From: Octopus sinensis
Taxonomy: Eukaryota
DNA length: 64,000 bases
NCBI RefSeq assembly: GCF_006345805.1
Contig: NC_043026.1
Span: 2,356,001 to 2,420,000, forward strand
Reading direction: 5' to 3'
In this document: positions 23,040-37,300 of the stretch, in pieces
Layout of the letters: each line of letters opens with the position of its first letter
How positions within the stretch are numbered: the stretch's first letter is position 1
Notes under the pieces: generated by a model
The model's database searches: none
The model's input: the letters and a program-made list of their open reading frames with translations, nothing else
What the model was told of the DNA's origin: nothing
Translations under genes and position numbers: made by a program

Positions 23040-26000
23040 TAGCCACGTCTCTCTTCTAAGCTGCTGTCTACATCACCGACTCATCCCTAAAGGTTTCCGC
23101 CTCCATTTCCACCCTGCTCTCCACTCGGCTTCTTCCATCTTACCCATACTCCGCACCACATCTTACCGCCTTATGCGGGCCACTATTCGCTCCAATCTCT
23201 CTAAACTACATACCATCAACCGCCTTCTCCCCCCCCTGCTTTCTCCACATTTTTCTCCTCTCTGTCGCCTTTCCATGCTCCAAACACGCTACGCTTCATT
23301 ATCCATTTGAATCACCTCTTCCACCAATTTCTTTCCAATACCAAACTTCGTAAACTCCAATCACTCCTCTATTCCACCACACCCGACGCCACCACCCCAA
23401 CTCCTCCACTACCCTTCTCCCCTCCTGATAGGCTCCATCCACCCACACCTAACCCCACTGCCCCTCCCAACAATCCCCCACACCTCCCCAATCCCTCCCC
23501 CTCAGACCTCCACCAGCCCTACCACTCCTCCTACTCCCACTCCCATTCCATCCACCCCTCATACTTCTATTCCACCCACCCCTTCTCCACTTCCGTCTCT
23601 TGTTACCATTCCCCCCGATCTTCCCCTCTGCGGCGGAACGCTCCGTCCTTATTAGGGGTCTGCGTTTCATCCCCCTCACTCCATCCTCTAAGGAATTCCA
23701 GACGCGAGCTGATGTCCACAGCTTTGTGCGCCGCGTCCGGTTGGGTGCGTATTTCCGCGACTCACCACCCGCATCCAACGATGAGGACTGCTTCACTGAC
23801 CTCGGCCGCCGGCCATCCCCGTGGACGCCTGCCCCCGGCCAGTTCCTAGCAGTGGATCTTTTCGCGGGCGCCTGTCAGCGTGCATTGGAGCGGTTCAACT
23901 TCTCCAGGCGCCAACGCCGCCTCAACATCTCCCCGGCCGAGCTCTCGGCTCTTTGTTCCCTCCAATGGCGCGCTGACATTATCATCAAACCGGCTGACAA
24001 GGGTGGAGCTGTGGTGGTGTGGAGCTGTGGTGGTGTGGAGCGCGGACTTCTACAGGGCCGAGGCTCTCCGCCAACTCAATGACACCTCCTTCTACTCCCC
24101 TCTGTCCTCTAACCCCACACGTAGCTACCAACAGACGGTATCCTCTACTGTCCACGACCTCATCTCGTCCTCCCGTCTCCCCCACATCGCATCCAACCTA
24201 ATTGTCCGAACCCCACGCACCCCCACCATTTACTTCCTCCCCAAAATCCACAAACCCAACAACCCTGTCAGCCCCATCATCTCCGCCTGTAACTGCCCCA
24301 TGGAGCTCATCTCTAAATACCTCGACCGTGTCCTTGCCCCCCTAGTGGCGTCTCTTCCCTCCCACATCCACGATACCAACCATGCTCTCCGGCTTTTCAA
24401 CTCTTTCTCCTTTCCTCCCGGCTCCTCCAAAATCCTTTTTACTATGGACATCCAGAGCCTCTATACCGTCATCCCTCACCACGAAGGACTGCGGGCACTT
24501 CAGCACTTTCTCGATCTCCGCCCCAACCCTGAAACTGACACCTTCACACTCATTCGTCTGGCTGAACTTGTCCTTACTCTCAACTGCTTCTCGTTCGCGG
24601 GCGAGTTCTACCAACAGTTCTCGGGAGTGGCCATGGGAACGCGAATGGGCCCCAACTATGCGAACCTGTTCGTTGGCTATGTTGAGGCCCAAATATTCTC
24701 TAATTTCACTGGTCCCACTCCTGAACTATACGGTCGTTACATTGACGACATTATCGGTGCCACCTCACTCTCCCACGAATATCTAGATTCCTTCCTCTCT
24801 TTCGTTCAATCCTTCCATCCAGCCCTCTACTTCACCTCCACTATCTCCAGCACCTCTGTCTCCTTCCTCGAAATTTCGGTCAGCATTCATCACTCCACTC
24901 TTACCACCTCCATTCACTACAAACACACAGACTCACACTCATACCTAAACTTCTCTTCCTCCCACCCAAAACACACCAAGCTTTCCATCCCCTATTCCCA
25001 ATTCCTCCGTCTACCTAGGCTCTGCAGTGACGACCATGACTTTGGGACTCAGTCTCAACGCATGGCTCACCACTTCATCCTACGTGGATACCCCCTCACC
25101 ACTATCCACACCGCCCTTGCCAGAGCACGTTCCGTAGACCGTGCATCTGCTCTCTCCCCCCGAACCCGCCCTGTAGTCTCCCGCCTCACTTTTCCCCTCA
25201 CTTACCACCCCACGACCCTACCTCCAACGCACCATTCTTCGAGCTTTCCGGCATCTCCAGTCCGACCCGTCCACTTCACACCTCTTCCCTAACCGACCCC
25301 TCCCTTCCTTCAAACGAGCCCATAACCTACGAGACCTTTTGGTCCACAGCTCCTTCCCTGACCCTACCTCACAACCTGGCTCGTTCTCCTGCTCCCGCCC
25401 ACGTTGCCGCACTTGCCCTTACCTCTCCAACACCACCCTCCTCACTGGCACCCATCATCGACCCTATCGCATCATCAACTCCTTCACTTGCACCTCCAGC
25501 AATATCATATATTGCATCTCTTGCTCTCTCTGACATTTCCTGTACATCCGCCTTGCCAACGACACACCGGTCTCACGCCATTTCCGCTCCACCGGTCACT
25601 CTTGCAACACCTGTCTGTGTTCGGTTTGTCCTTGCACAGAGGTCATCCGGATTCCCGTTTGCGCCGTGAACAAGAATTAATCTTCTCTCTTCGCTCTTTT
25701 ACGCCCTTTGGTCTCAACTCTCCCCCCTCCTCATCTAACCACCCTCACCCCGACCCCTACTTCTCTTCAGTCCTTCATCTTTTCACCCCTACTCTCTTTC
25801 CCTCCTCTTCCCTTCTTCCCTCATTCTTCTTCCCTCCTCCCCTTCCCTCTTTCTCTCTGCTCCCTCACTCCCCTTCTCTCTTCCCCCCTCTCTCCCCTCC
25901 CTCCTCCCTCTCCCCTCCTCTTCTCCTCTCCTTCCTTCTCCCCTTCTCCCTCTTCTCCTCTTTCCTCCCCCTCACCCTCCCCCATCATCTCATCTCCCCT

Positions 26001-26621
26001 TCACCCTCATCTCATCTCACCCCCTCCTTCTTTCCTCCACCTCTCACCCTCCTCACTCTCACCTTTCCCCTTCTCTTTGCTTTTCCCCTCCTCTTTCCTT
26101 TTCCTCCTCTTTCCTTTTCCCCCTCTTCCTCTCTCCCCCTCCCCTTCTCTCTCCTCTCCTCTCTCTCCCCCTTATCTCCTCCCCTCTCCTCCCTCCTCCT
26201 CCTCATCTCCTCTCTCTACACTACACCATACGACATTACACATCATATCATACATACATACACACGTCCAGACCTCATACGCACTACATACTCTCTCATA
26301 CACACACACACCCTTATGTTGGGGCGAGGTCATTTTACCCTGTTATCTCCCCTATTTTCGCTCTTGCGTCTCACGTTTGATCTTTGACTTTTGGCCGGAA
26401 TCATATCGCCATGTTGATTCTCTTGCTTCTGCACGCATTTTTTTCTCTCCTTGTTTCTCTCCGTGTTTCTTTTCTGTGTATCTTTCTGTTGAAGAGCGTA
26501 GGCTTGAAACGTAAAAGACTTGCTTTATTTATATTCCTGAGCGCCATACTAATACAATAGTTTGTTTGTATTCCACCTGCCTTCGTCTTTTGTTTATTTT
26601 CATAAAGCTTCCCGTTATATA

Positions 26622-26640
<19 letters not shown>
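23040..26640 (+). mobile_element. Penelope-like element (RT + GIY-YIG), inactive, with C/T-rich tail and terminal repeat
   Basis: N-terminal CCLHHRLIPKGF, IIIKPADKGGAVVVW, YFLPKIHKP, MDIQSLYTVIPH, GVAMGTRMGPNYANLFVG, RYIDDI, CSRPRCRTC, FTCTSSNIIYCISC. It has frameshifts, stops and a deletion in the YIG region. G-poor sense strand. Confidence 0.92.
26481..26518 (+). ncRNA. Minimal hammerhead-like motif at the 3' terminal repeat of the 23040 PLE
   Basis: Same as 16419-16456 except GCTT instead of GCTC in stem II (G-U closing pair). Confidence 0.45.
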
Positions 26641-26668
<28 letters not shown>

Positions 26669-26669
26669 G

Positions 26670-26700
<31 letters not shown>

Positions 26701-26706
<6 letters not shown>

Positions 26707-27350
26707 GAAATGAAGAAAATGCTGACAAAATAATTTAAGTAAGGGAGAGTGTATTTAATTAGGTGGAAGTTCTTTTTTTATACAAAAAAGAGAAAAATTG
26801 GGTTAGAATACAATGTTCTTTTTTTGTGAATGATTTCAGTGTATAAGAAAAAAAGTAGGAGTCCTTTACAGTGTTCTGTTTCAGAATAAGATATTTAGTA
26901 AAAGCGTGTAATATACAGTTTTTTGTGGAAAAGTTCAATGTCAGATTTCAGTGTAGAATAAAAAAAGTAAGAGTTTACTGGTTGCGCATTTGTTATGCTT
27001 ATCAAAAGATATTTTGAGTGAGATAGAGTTCCTTTCTGATTGATTTTTTTCTCTTATCTGACTTTATGTTGGGTTTGTTGTCTCTTATATGTGAAAAAAA
27101 AGGCTCCAGAGTTAAGAGACAGCAAACCCAACATAAAGTCAGATAAGAGAAAAAATCAATCAGAAAGGAACTCTATCTCACTCAAAATATCTTTTGATAA
27201 GCATAACAAATACGCAACCGGTAAAAATGTACATTGTATTCTAACCCAATTTTTCTCTTTTTTTTGTTTAAAGAAAAGAACTTTCACCTAATTAAATACA
27301 CTCTCCCTTACTTAAATTATTTTGTCAGCATTTTCTTCATTTCCTTTTTT
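26701..27350. mobile_element. Foldback/MITE-like long inverted repeat
   Basis: 26701-26816 pairs with 27231-27347 and 26974-27087 pairs with 27113-27225, with a 25-nt spacer. There is an extra ~160 bp in the left arm only. TA-rich flanks. Confidence 0.8.
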
Positions 27351-27589
27351 TATATATCACAACTCGTGTTCCACATCTCCTTTTTTAAATATATATATAT
27401 ATATATTATATATATATGTGTGTGTGTGTGTGTGCGTGTACAGAGAGAGAGAGAGACAGACAGACAGAATCTAGAGACAGAACCTCTATCAAACAATTAC
27501 GGTCTGAACAAAAGAGTCACACTCCAGGCTACCCGTGGACACAGGCCGAGATTTCTTTACCCCCGATGCCACTGGTGGCTAAAAACGGT

Positions 27590-28010
27590 GTCTTTACGTG
27601 AATATGATGCAGGGGAAAGAATGGCTGGGTTCCGGCAAGCAAGTAAAGAGCTGCATCCATGCAAAAACAACGATCTGCGTTAGGTGTGATTGGGAGGGGA
27701 TAATCCACGACGAAATACTGGGGAATAATCCTACGATCAATGCAGAGCTTTACGTTCGGCAAATGCAGCAGATGAATGAGGCAATCCACCCGAAACAAGG
27801 TGATCGCACGCCCCCACTACACTAATTTAAAGAAAAAATTCTATTCAAGAGCTCGGTTGGGAAGTTCTAGCACATCCACCACATTCTCCTGATATAGCAC
27901 CTTCAGATTATCACCTTCTCTTTCAGTCGCTCTCCGACCGTCTACAAGGCATTTCGTTCAACTACGACATGAAGTTGAAAACATGGCTCGATGAATTCTT
28001 CGATTGCAAG
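27590..28010 (+). mobile_element. mariner (DD34D) transposase remnant
   Basis: CDWEGIIHDEILGNNPTINAELYVRQMQQMNEAI...LAHPPHSPDIAPSDYHL...LKTWLDEFFDCK. Confidence 0.85.
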
Positions 28011-28519
28011 ACCACACTCAGTATCTCTTTATCTCTTCTTTTCTCTCTGTCGCACTCTTTCAATCGCAATCACTCTTTTCCTCTATCTCTCTCCGTCTGT
28101 TCGCACACCACATTGACAAGTGTTCACGTATATCTATGTACGTACAGATATATATATACATATATGTATGTATGTATGCTAATCTGTCTTTTACTTGTTT
28201 CAGTCATTTGACTGTGGCCATGCTGGAGCACCGCCTGTAGTCGAGCAAATCGACCCCAGGACTTATTCTTTGTAAGCCTAGTACTTATTCTGTCAGCCTC
28301 TTTTGCCGAACCACTAAGTTATGGGCATGTAAACACACCAGCATCGGTTGTCAAGCGATGTTGGGGGGGACAAATACAGACACACAAACATACACACACA
28401 CACACACACACATGTATATATACACACATACATATATACGGCAGGCTTCTTTCAGTTTCCATCTACCAAATCCACTCACATAGCTTTGGTCAGCCCGAGG
28501 CTATAGTAGAAGACATGAA

Positions 28520-30485
28520 GGGTCGTTAAACACCGGCTAATGAACGGTGTCAGGTCTAATAGTTCCTGAGTAAAAAGATTGTTATAAGAGAGGTAAGTAG
28601 TTCTGGATTTAGTGCAGTTGTGTAAGATATAGAATTATAATGTGAATGGTGTAGGGAGAGTATAGGGATTAGTGGTGTTAATTGAAGGGTTAGAGGTGTT
28701 CTGTATTATATTATGTGTTCATATTTAGTTGGGAAGATATTTATTGATGAAAATTTCCTCTTTATTCAACCTTTGTTGCATTGTGGTGTTCTGTGAACAT
28801 TGATAGAAGGGGAATATTTGGAAATTGGGATTAAGATTCCTGGCACACCTTTCTATGTGTTCACTAACCTGTAACTCTCTGTATTGTGGGTGGCGGATTT
28901 GCTCTTTGTGGATGGTGGTTCTTCGATGGAGTGATATTCCTGTTTGTCCAATATAGTGGTTACCACATCCTAAGCATGTCATGACATAGATTAGACTTTC
29001 CGAGGCGCAGGTGAAATTTGATTTGATCTTAAATATTTTTCCTTGTTTGAAGTGAAATTCTGAACCCCCCAAAGTGTGGGGGCATGTTCCACAGTTAGGA
29101 CGACCACATTTTTTTACTTTTGGCTCTGTTGTTAGTGGATATAGTCTTGCGCTGGTTAATTTTTTTCAGTGACTTCGGTTGCCTTTTGGTTTTTATAATT
29201 TTGTGAGAGCTTAAAATTTCGCTCATTGTTTTGTCTGCTGTGAGGATGGGAAGATTTTGGGTGATAATGTTGACGGCTTCGTTGTTTCTAGGGTTATGTG
29301 TGGAAATGTACGGGAGTATTTTTAAGTCTGGTTTAGTATTTCGGCCGGTTTGCCTTAACATTTGTATATCTATTTCCTTAGCTCTTTTGATGCTTTCATT
29401 TACTAATGAGATTGGGTTATGTCTTTTAGTTAGTGTTGATCTAAGTTCAAGGAGTCTATGTTCCCGGGTGTATGTATCCAAAACTATGGTACAGATTCTT
29501 CTCGCTAGATTAAAAGGTATATTAATTTTTATGTGTTTGGGGTGGCAAGAGTTAAATAATAGGTATTGTTTAGAATCTGTGGGTTTATAAATGATGTCTG
29601 TTTCTATGTGGTTGTTAACTATTTTAATTAAGATGTCTAGAAAAGGGAGTTGTTTACTGTTGTGTTCCATAGTGAATTGCATATTGCTGTGTATGTTGTT
29701 AAGCATTAATTTGAAATCAAGGAGTTTGTCCATGCTGTCTTTCCAAAGTATGAAGCAATCATCCAAATATCTCTTCCAGTTCTCCTTTAAATAGCAATTA
29801 AAAGAGGCGCCATATTTTTCTAGTGATGATTGGTATAACTTGAGTTCTAGGTAACCCATTACAAGATTTGCAATCACTGGAGCAGCTTTGGTTTCCATTG
29901 CGGTTCCACATTTTTGTCGATAGTAGGTTGTATCGAACATGAAAAAATTGTTCAGCAGGATGAATTTGAGTGCTTCGATTATAAAACTGGGATCTCTTCT
30001 GGGTATTTTTCTAGCCAGAAAGTGATTGCTTCTATACCATAGTCGTGTGGGATATTGGTGTACAGATTCACCACATCGAAAGATACCAGCAGGGTTCCTT
30101 CCTTTACTGTCTTCGGGAGGTGGTTCAGCATGTCTAGGTCATCCCTGATAAAGCTTTTCGCATATTTTTAAAAAGGTTTGAGTAATATGTCGAGGGAGTT
30201 GCTCAAATGGTGGGTTTCACAAGAAGGGTCTCAGTTTGAGGTCAGTAGGGGGAGGGACATTAATGCATAGGCTTGTAGAGACTTTGCAGGCTTCACAAAT
30301 GTGTGGATTTTTATGTATTTTGGGTAATCGGTAGAATAGACTAGGACTGTATTTAAAATTGGATAAATAGTCTATTTCAAGTTTAGTGAGAACCTTTCCA
30401 TGAATTTGGAGCAAGGGGGATAAGTTTTTCAGTGTTTTCTGTGGGTTGTAATGTGTTAATTTCTCATAGTAAGTTAATTTCACCA
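28520..30485 (-). mobile_element. Penelope-like element, 5'-truncated and frameshifted
   Basis: FYRLPKIHK, SFDVVNLYTNIPH, QKCGTAMETKAAPVIANLVMG, WKRYLDDCF, and GIY-YIG FTCASESLIYVMTCLGCGNHYIGQTG. Confidence 0.92.
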
Positions 30486-30976
30486 GCTCGAGCGACAGTC
30501 AACATGCAAAGCAGGATATTTCCACCACCAACACCTTCATTTCGACGACGCTTTTCTCTGTCATCACCATCGTCGTCCTTCAACTCTACGTCGTCTCCAT
30601 CTCCGTCGACTTCAACAATACGTACACAGCACTCGCTCAGGTTTAGCTTTCTTCCTGTTGTGATATTCACCGAGGTAAACAACACAGCATTACCTGCGAG
30701 AATTCCTGTGTCAAGGGCCCTGGCACGGCATTGAAGCCCCAACCGCTACACGCTATGTGTTCAACCGTCATTCTGCCTTGTGACTCCAACATACTCTTAC
30801 AGAACAAACTGCTATTATGTACCTTACTACGAACTGGTCTAAAATACCCTGAGAGACTCTTTCCTATGCTCTGTATTCTGTTTTGCCCGCATACACCTTG
30901 TTTGAACTTCTGTCGCACACACGAACACACAGACACAAACACTTGTCGCATGCACACAGACACTACACTCTGCTAG

Positions 30977-31048
<72 letters not shown>

Positions 31049-32000
31049 TTGTACACTTCCGTAAATAAAGTCTTCTTCTCTCAAACAGCAGAACGGTTGT
31101 CGTCCGCATTAATTCCTCTTCGCCCTTATTCTTTTATGCCATGTATTTTGGCTGGCTTCTTTTGTGGGACGATCGTACGGCGTTTAAAAGGAGACATTAC
31201 TGTCACCTTACGTACGGTCGTATTCCTTACATATCTAGCCTAGGGCTATACAATTGCCCTCCAACAAAGGTTCCTCTCAGATACGCACACACATACGCGC
31301 GTGCACACACACACACACACGCATACACACATACACGCGCACGTAAACACGTATACATATAGATACACACAGATACACATACACACACATGCTCACATAC
31401 ACACAAACACACAGATATACACATATATAGAAGCAAACACACTCACACATGCATACGTACGTACACACACACTCATGTGTAAGAGACTTTTTTTAACCTA
31501 GGTCCAATGGGACATAACTCTTGTTGGATTTTCATAATTTTAAGGGAGGTAAGTTTGCTGTTCCTGCTTCATTGATGCGCTAGAAATAGTAGACAAATAA
31601 CACTATCGTCTTTTAAAATGAAGGACACTTTACAAAAGGTGGAGAAACTTATTATCAACAAAGTCATAGCATCCAATATTAGGTGTTTAGATTTTTTTAT
31701 ATCACATTAGAAGGAGAGAGAAAATATTGATAAAGGAAACATTTTCACCTTCAATGTTTCTCAGCCCCCTCTTTTTTTTTTTTCACTTAAGGGCCCCTTT
31801 GATTTATATTTTACTCTATTGGAATCCCGTAGCCATTCGATATTAAAGAAATCCTATTAACTTACGTATAAGAAGAAATGTATTGGGAAAGAGTAAAACA
31901 ACGAATGGAGTGGATGAGGGTCAAAGTCGGAGAACTTGAAAGGCAGACGACCGGCATTCAAAGGTTCTGCTTTGAAGACGGGGATATTTTAATAAAACTG

Positions 32001-32042
<42 letters not shown>

Positions 32043-32070
32043 GAAGTAAAGTATTAAACACTTTTGTTTT

Positions 32071-32104
<34 letters not shown>

Positions 32105-32108
<4 letters not shown>

Positions 32109-32505
32109 GCAGGAGTGGGTGTGTGGTAAGTAGCTTGCTTACCACCCACATGGTTCCGGGTTCGTTCTCACTGCGTGGCACCTTGGGTAAGTGTCTTCTA
32201 CTACATCCCCGAGCCGACCAAAGCCCTGTGAGTGGATTTGGTAGACGGAAACTGAAAGAAGCCCGTCGTATATATATATATATGTATATATATGTGTGTG
32301 TGCATGTTTGTGTGTCTGTGTTTGTCCCCCCAACATCGCTTGACAACCGATGCTGGTGTTTACATCGCCGTAACTTGGCGGTTTGGCAAAAGAGACCGAT
32401 AGAATAAGTACTAGGCTTACAAAGAATAAGTCCTGGGGTCGATTTGCTCGACTAAAAGGTGGTGCTCCAGCATGGCCACAGTCAAATGACTGAAACAAGT
32501 AAAAG
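32105..32505 (+). mobile_element. tRNA-derived CORE-type SINE family A (representative full copy)
   Basis: Head ggagtgggtgtgtggtaagtagc...ccgggttcg, CORE-like gcgtggcaccttgggtaagtgtcttct, internal (TA)n(TG)n, tail ggtgctccagcatggccacagtcaaatgactgaaacaagtaaaagag. Other copies at about 6290-6910, 7490-7635, 10225-10535, 10895-11110, 11460-11610, 28180-28515, 32570-32725, 40740-40960, 43105-43500, 49530-49905, 50020-50345, 52070-52230, 60420-60870, 60988-61395 and 62835-63170. Confidence 0.85.
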
Positions 32506-32506
32506 A

Positions 32507-32540
<34 letters not shown>

Positions 32541-32914
32541 GCTATGTGAACGATAATGTATCTATGTATCTTTTTTGTTACTTGTTTCAGTCATTTGATT
32601 GCGGCCATGCTGGAGCACCGTCTTTAGTCGAGCAAATCGACCCCAGGACTTATTCTTTCTAAGCCTAGTACTTATTCTATCGATCTCTTTTGCCGAACCG
32701 CTAAGTTACGAGGACGTAAGCACACCCTTTGCAAATACTCCAAGGGCACTGATATTGTGTCTAAAGCCACCTAGAGACAAAGATCTCTTGGGGCTATAAA
32801 GCTACAGTAACACCCCCTCCCCAATGTGGTTAGCCATGATAAGATGGCTTCTATACTTTACATTATCGAGCGATTACTGTTTCAATCTCATTCTGAGATT
32901 TAATTATGCCTATA

Positions 32915-33003
<89 letters not shown>

Positions 33004-33439
33004 CATTGTTGTGTCTGGAGAAAGTCATTCTCTTTTAGTTTCTTATTAACTTAACACACGCACTGGTTCGATTTCCACTCATTTCCTTTGTTATTTTTCT
33101 AAAATTTTCGTTGTGTCCTGCAACCTATTCATTGGTCGTTGACTCTGTCCGTTGTTGGAGCTGTGTTCTTTTTGTTTGTTTGTTTGTGTGCATGTGTGTG
33201 TGTCAGTGTGCACGTGTATACACATATGCATGTATATATGCATGTGCGTGTATGCATGTATGTGCATGTATGTGTATATGTAAGCGTTTATGTGCTTTTG
33301 CAAGTATGTATGTATTCTGAATGTTTGTGTATTTGTACGTGTGTATATTTGTGTGTTCGTATGAGTGTGTGTGCGCGTGCGCATGCGCACTCATGCACAC
33401 AAACATGAATATACAAACACATGAACATGGAGAATACAT

Positions 33440-34380
33440 ACATACTTGCAAACAGACGTACACACACACTTACACATACATACACATATACATACATTCA
33501 TAGACGCACACACACATAGATACTTACATACATACATACATACATACACATATACATACATACATACATACATACATACATACACATATACATACATACA
33601 TACATACATACATACATACATACACATATACATACATACATACATACATACATACACATACACACATACATACATACATACATACATACATACATACATA
33701 CATACATACATACACACATAGATACATACATACATACATACGTACATACATACATACACACACATACATACATACACACATACATACACACATACATACA
33801 CACATACATACACACATACACACATACATACATACATACATACATACATACATACATACATACATACATGCATACATACATACATACATACATACATACA
33901 CACACACACATACATACATACACATATACATACATACATACATACATACACACACACATATACATACATACACATATACATACATACATACATACATACA
34001 CACACACATATACACATATACATACATACATACATACATACATACATACATACATACATACATACATACATACATGCATACATACATACATACATACATA
34101 CTACATACACATACATACATACATACACATATACATACATACATACATACATACCACATACATACATACACATATACATACATACATACATATACATACA
34201 TACATATACATACACACACCATACATACATACATACATACATACATCATACATACATACATACATACATACATACATACATAATACATACATACATACAT
34301 ACATACATACATACATACATACACACATACATACATACACACATACATACATATATATACACACATACATACATACAAGT
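33440..34380. repeat. (TACA)n compound microsatellite
   Basis: About 900 bp of TACA/CA units, the source of the YVCM/HTYI pseudo-ORFs. Confidence 0.98.
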
Positions 34381-37300
34381 ATACCTAGGAGAAGTCTACA
34401 TTGAACAAAGTAACGAAATTACTAAACGGAAACAACCTCGATGGAAACCAAAACTTGAAGAGAACATCAACAACGCGCACCGCCATCTTGGATGGTTAGC
34501 TACAACAATAAAATGTAAGGAGAAGAATGAGTTTACACCTCACCAACTCTACCTTTGACAAAAATTAAAGAAACTTTATGGCAACTCTTCACACCGAGCT
34601 CTTGAGGCAAAGCTAATCACTTTAAAACGTGAACTCAGGGCAATGAGCGAGAAACTCCGCTATCGCATGCGAATTTTTGAACGAGCCAGTTTTAATCGCA
34701 GGTTTGCTTCCAACCCACGAGCATTTTACAGAGAGATGAGGAAGGAAAACATTTCCATTAAGAAAGTTCCCTCCCAAGAAGACCTACAATCATTCTGGTA
34801 CAAAATCTGGAACAAAAAGAGGGATTTCAAACTGAATGTATCATGGTTCAATACAACCGAGAGAGAATATTATATCAACACCATCAGTAAAACATACAAC
34901 ATTGATGGAGATATCTTCGCTACAGCAGCAGGCAAACTGCACCTGGAAGGGACCTAATAGTTGGAGATCGGTACAAAAAGCTGACATTGTATAGAAACCA
35001 ATTGATAAATACGTTCAAAAGGACTCTGAAATGTCAGACTGATAGACTAAGTTGGTTTGCTACAGCATGGACAGATCTTGTTGCCAAAAATGAAATCAGT
35101 GAGATGGGAGGAAACTACAGGCCCATTGCTTGCTTAAATATTATGTACAAACTGTACACAGGTTGGCTCAACAAATTCCTCCTGGGCCAATGGGAGTCGA
35201 ACAACATTGTGACTGATGAACAGACTGGTGGGAAGAAGGGAGTGTGGGGCTTGGCCGAACACATTTTAATAAACAAAACTGTACTATCTGAGGTAAGAAA
35301 ACAACTTAGAAACCTTGTCCCAGTATGGCTTGACTATAAGAAGGTGTAGCGTACACACACGAGTGAAATTCCTTTCTCCTTTTATTATGCATTCGAACGT
35401 AGCAGGGAACAGCTAACCGTTGGCCGCTACTTGGACCCCGTTGTGTCCACTACTTTGATTGGTTGGTATTGGCGCAATTTGTCTCTTACTCTGTCGCTCC
35501 AATTAGCCGCGTATAACCAATCGGAGCCTCTAAATAAAATCACGTGAGACAGCTTGTTCTCAACCCAATTTTGATCCTACAGCTCCTTATAAAACCCCAA
35601 CTTCTCTTCGTCCAACAGCCTTACGGCAGCCTCAATCTTTGTCTCCACCATCATCTTCAACGTCGTCAACATCATCTCTACGAACACATCCCAACCAACA
35701 ACTCGCCCACATCCCGACACTCCACTGTTCCTGAATCACTTCGCCATGGATCAACAGCCAATATCCAACCTGCAACGACTCCTCTACCAATCACCCAGAC
35801 GGCAACATCACCTACGACCTGTAAACAGCTCAACATAATGGCTGCCACTTCTTCATACAGTATTTCAACTACCGTGTACAATTCACTACGAACTGCTATT
35901 CTCATTCTTGTGTCTATGAACTTCTCACTTCGATGCTTATACACTCTTTCACTGTCTTTTTCATTGCCATTCTTATATATTAACACGCGCACACATCTAT
36001 GCTTACACACGCACACACATACACTTTGTTCTCGTGACGGCCGGTCTATTATTTGGTGTAGATGATGTTCACACAGTCACACATTGTTATGTGTAGTTTG
36101 GGTTCTAATGGGATAGACAACCAAATGAAAACCATTGTTATTGTTTACGTGTTTATTGACTTCTCATGATACACGGACTCAACATTCAGCGTAGTGATAC
36201 ATAATATACTTTACACACAGTTGTACTGTTCACTAACAAAATAGTGCCAAGAGTGGGGATGTAGTTTGGCATACGTAAACACATAGATATGAATGTGTAA
36301 CACACATGCTTACATATGAATAAATCTTCTCCTAATCATTCTACCCGGTTGTGTCTCCCTTTTCTCTCAGGCATTTATATGTACTATTCATTTTAGATTT
36401 ATTGTATCGACCGTCTGATGTACTAAACAGCCATTCTCGTCACCTCGCATCACATGGTCCTTACAAAGGCATTCGACTCCATCCCTCATTCATGGCTGTT
36501 GAAGTACCTACATCTGGTAAAGGTACCCACTACCTTAATTGCTGCTATAGAGAGACTCACAAAGACATGGACGACAATTCTTACCCTCACAACTAAGAAC
36601 AGAATAATTGTTTCTGATAGAATAGGCATTTCAAAGGGGATATTCCCGGGAGATAGTTTTTCTGTACTTCTTTACATTTGGGCACTGAATCCATTATCGT
36701 TCCTACTACAGAAAACAAATGGTTCCATGATTGGATCTTCAACTGCTAGAAATATCAATGGAACTCTTGATTTCTTTGTAGACGACCTCAAGATTTCTGC
36801 TAAAAGTGTTAACAATGCCAAAAAACAGTTGGAATTAATAACGTTTTCATTTGATACAGGCATGGAATTTGGCCAAAAGAAATGTCCATATTTGGTTATA
36901 GAATGAGAAAAGTCAGTCCCCCAAACCCCAAACCTGTGCACCAACGGTCTCTCTATCTCCCCCATTCCACACAAAGGCATTGACGAAAATATATAATATG
37001 AAGGCACACTGAATGAAAATTGAGTGACCCGGGAATATTCCACCATACTTAGAAAAATACGGCAGTCGGAACTCTCCTCTTACAACAAAACATTATCCCA
37101 CAATGCATTTGCAGTACCAGTGCTGATCCCAACATTTGGGATACTTGAATGGTCTGTAGAGGAAATCTACTCCATAGATATCAAAACCCGCAAAATCCTG
37201 GCAACAACTGGGAACTTCCACAGAAACAATGATGTTGACAGGCTCTACCTAAGAAGAAATGAAGGCGGTAGAGGCCTGAGATAAGTGCAGACGGCCTTCG

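Noticed and set aside
25404-26514. 327- and 268-aa Pro/Ser/Leu-rich ORFs
   Set aside because: They run through the C/T-rich low-complexity tail of the PLE. Only the first part is a frameshifted GIY-YIG remnant.
33391-34404. Long ORFs of 178-284 aa (YVCM/HTYI repeats)
   Set aside because: They are translations of a (TACA)n microsatellite, which lacks stop codons in several frames. The same applies to most IYIY, CVCV, SLSL and RKKE ORFs in the track.
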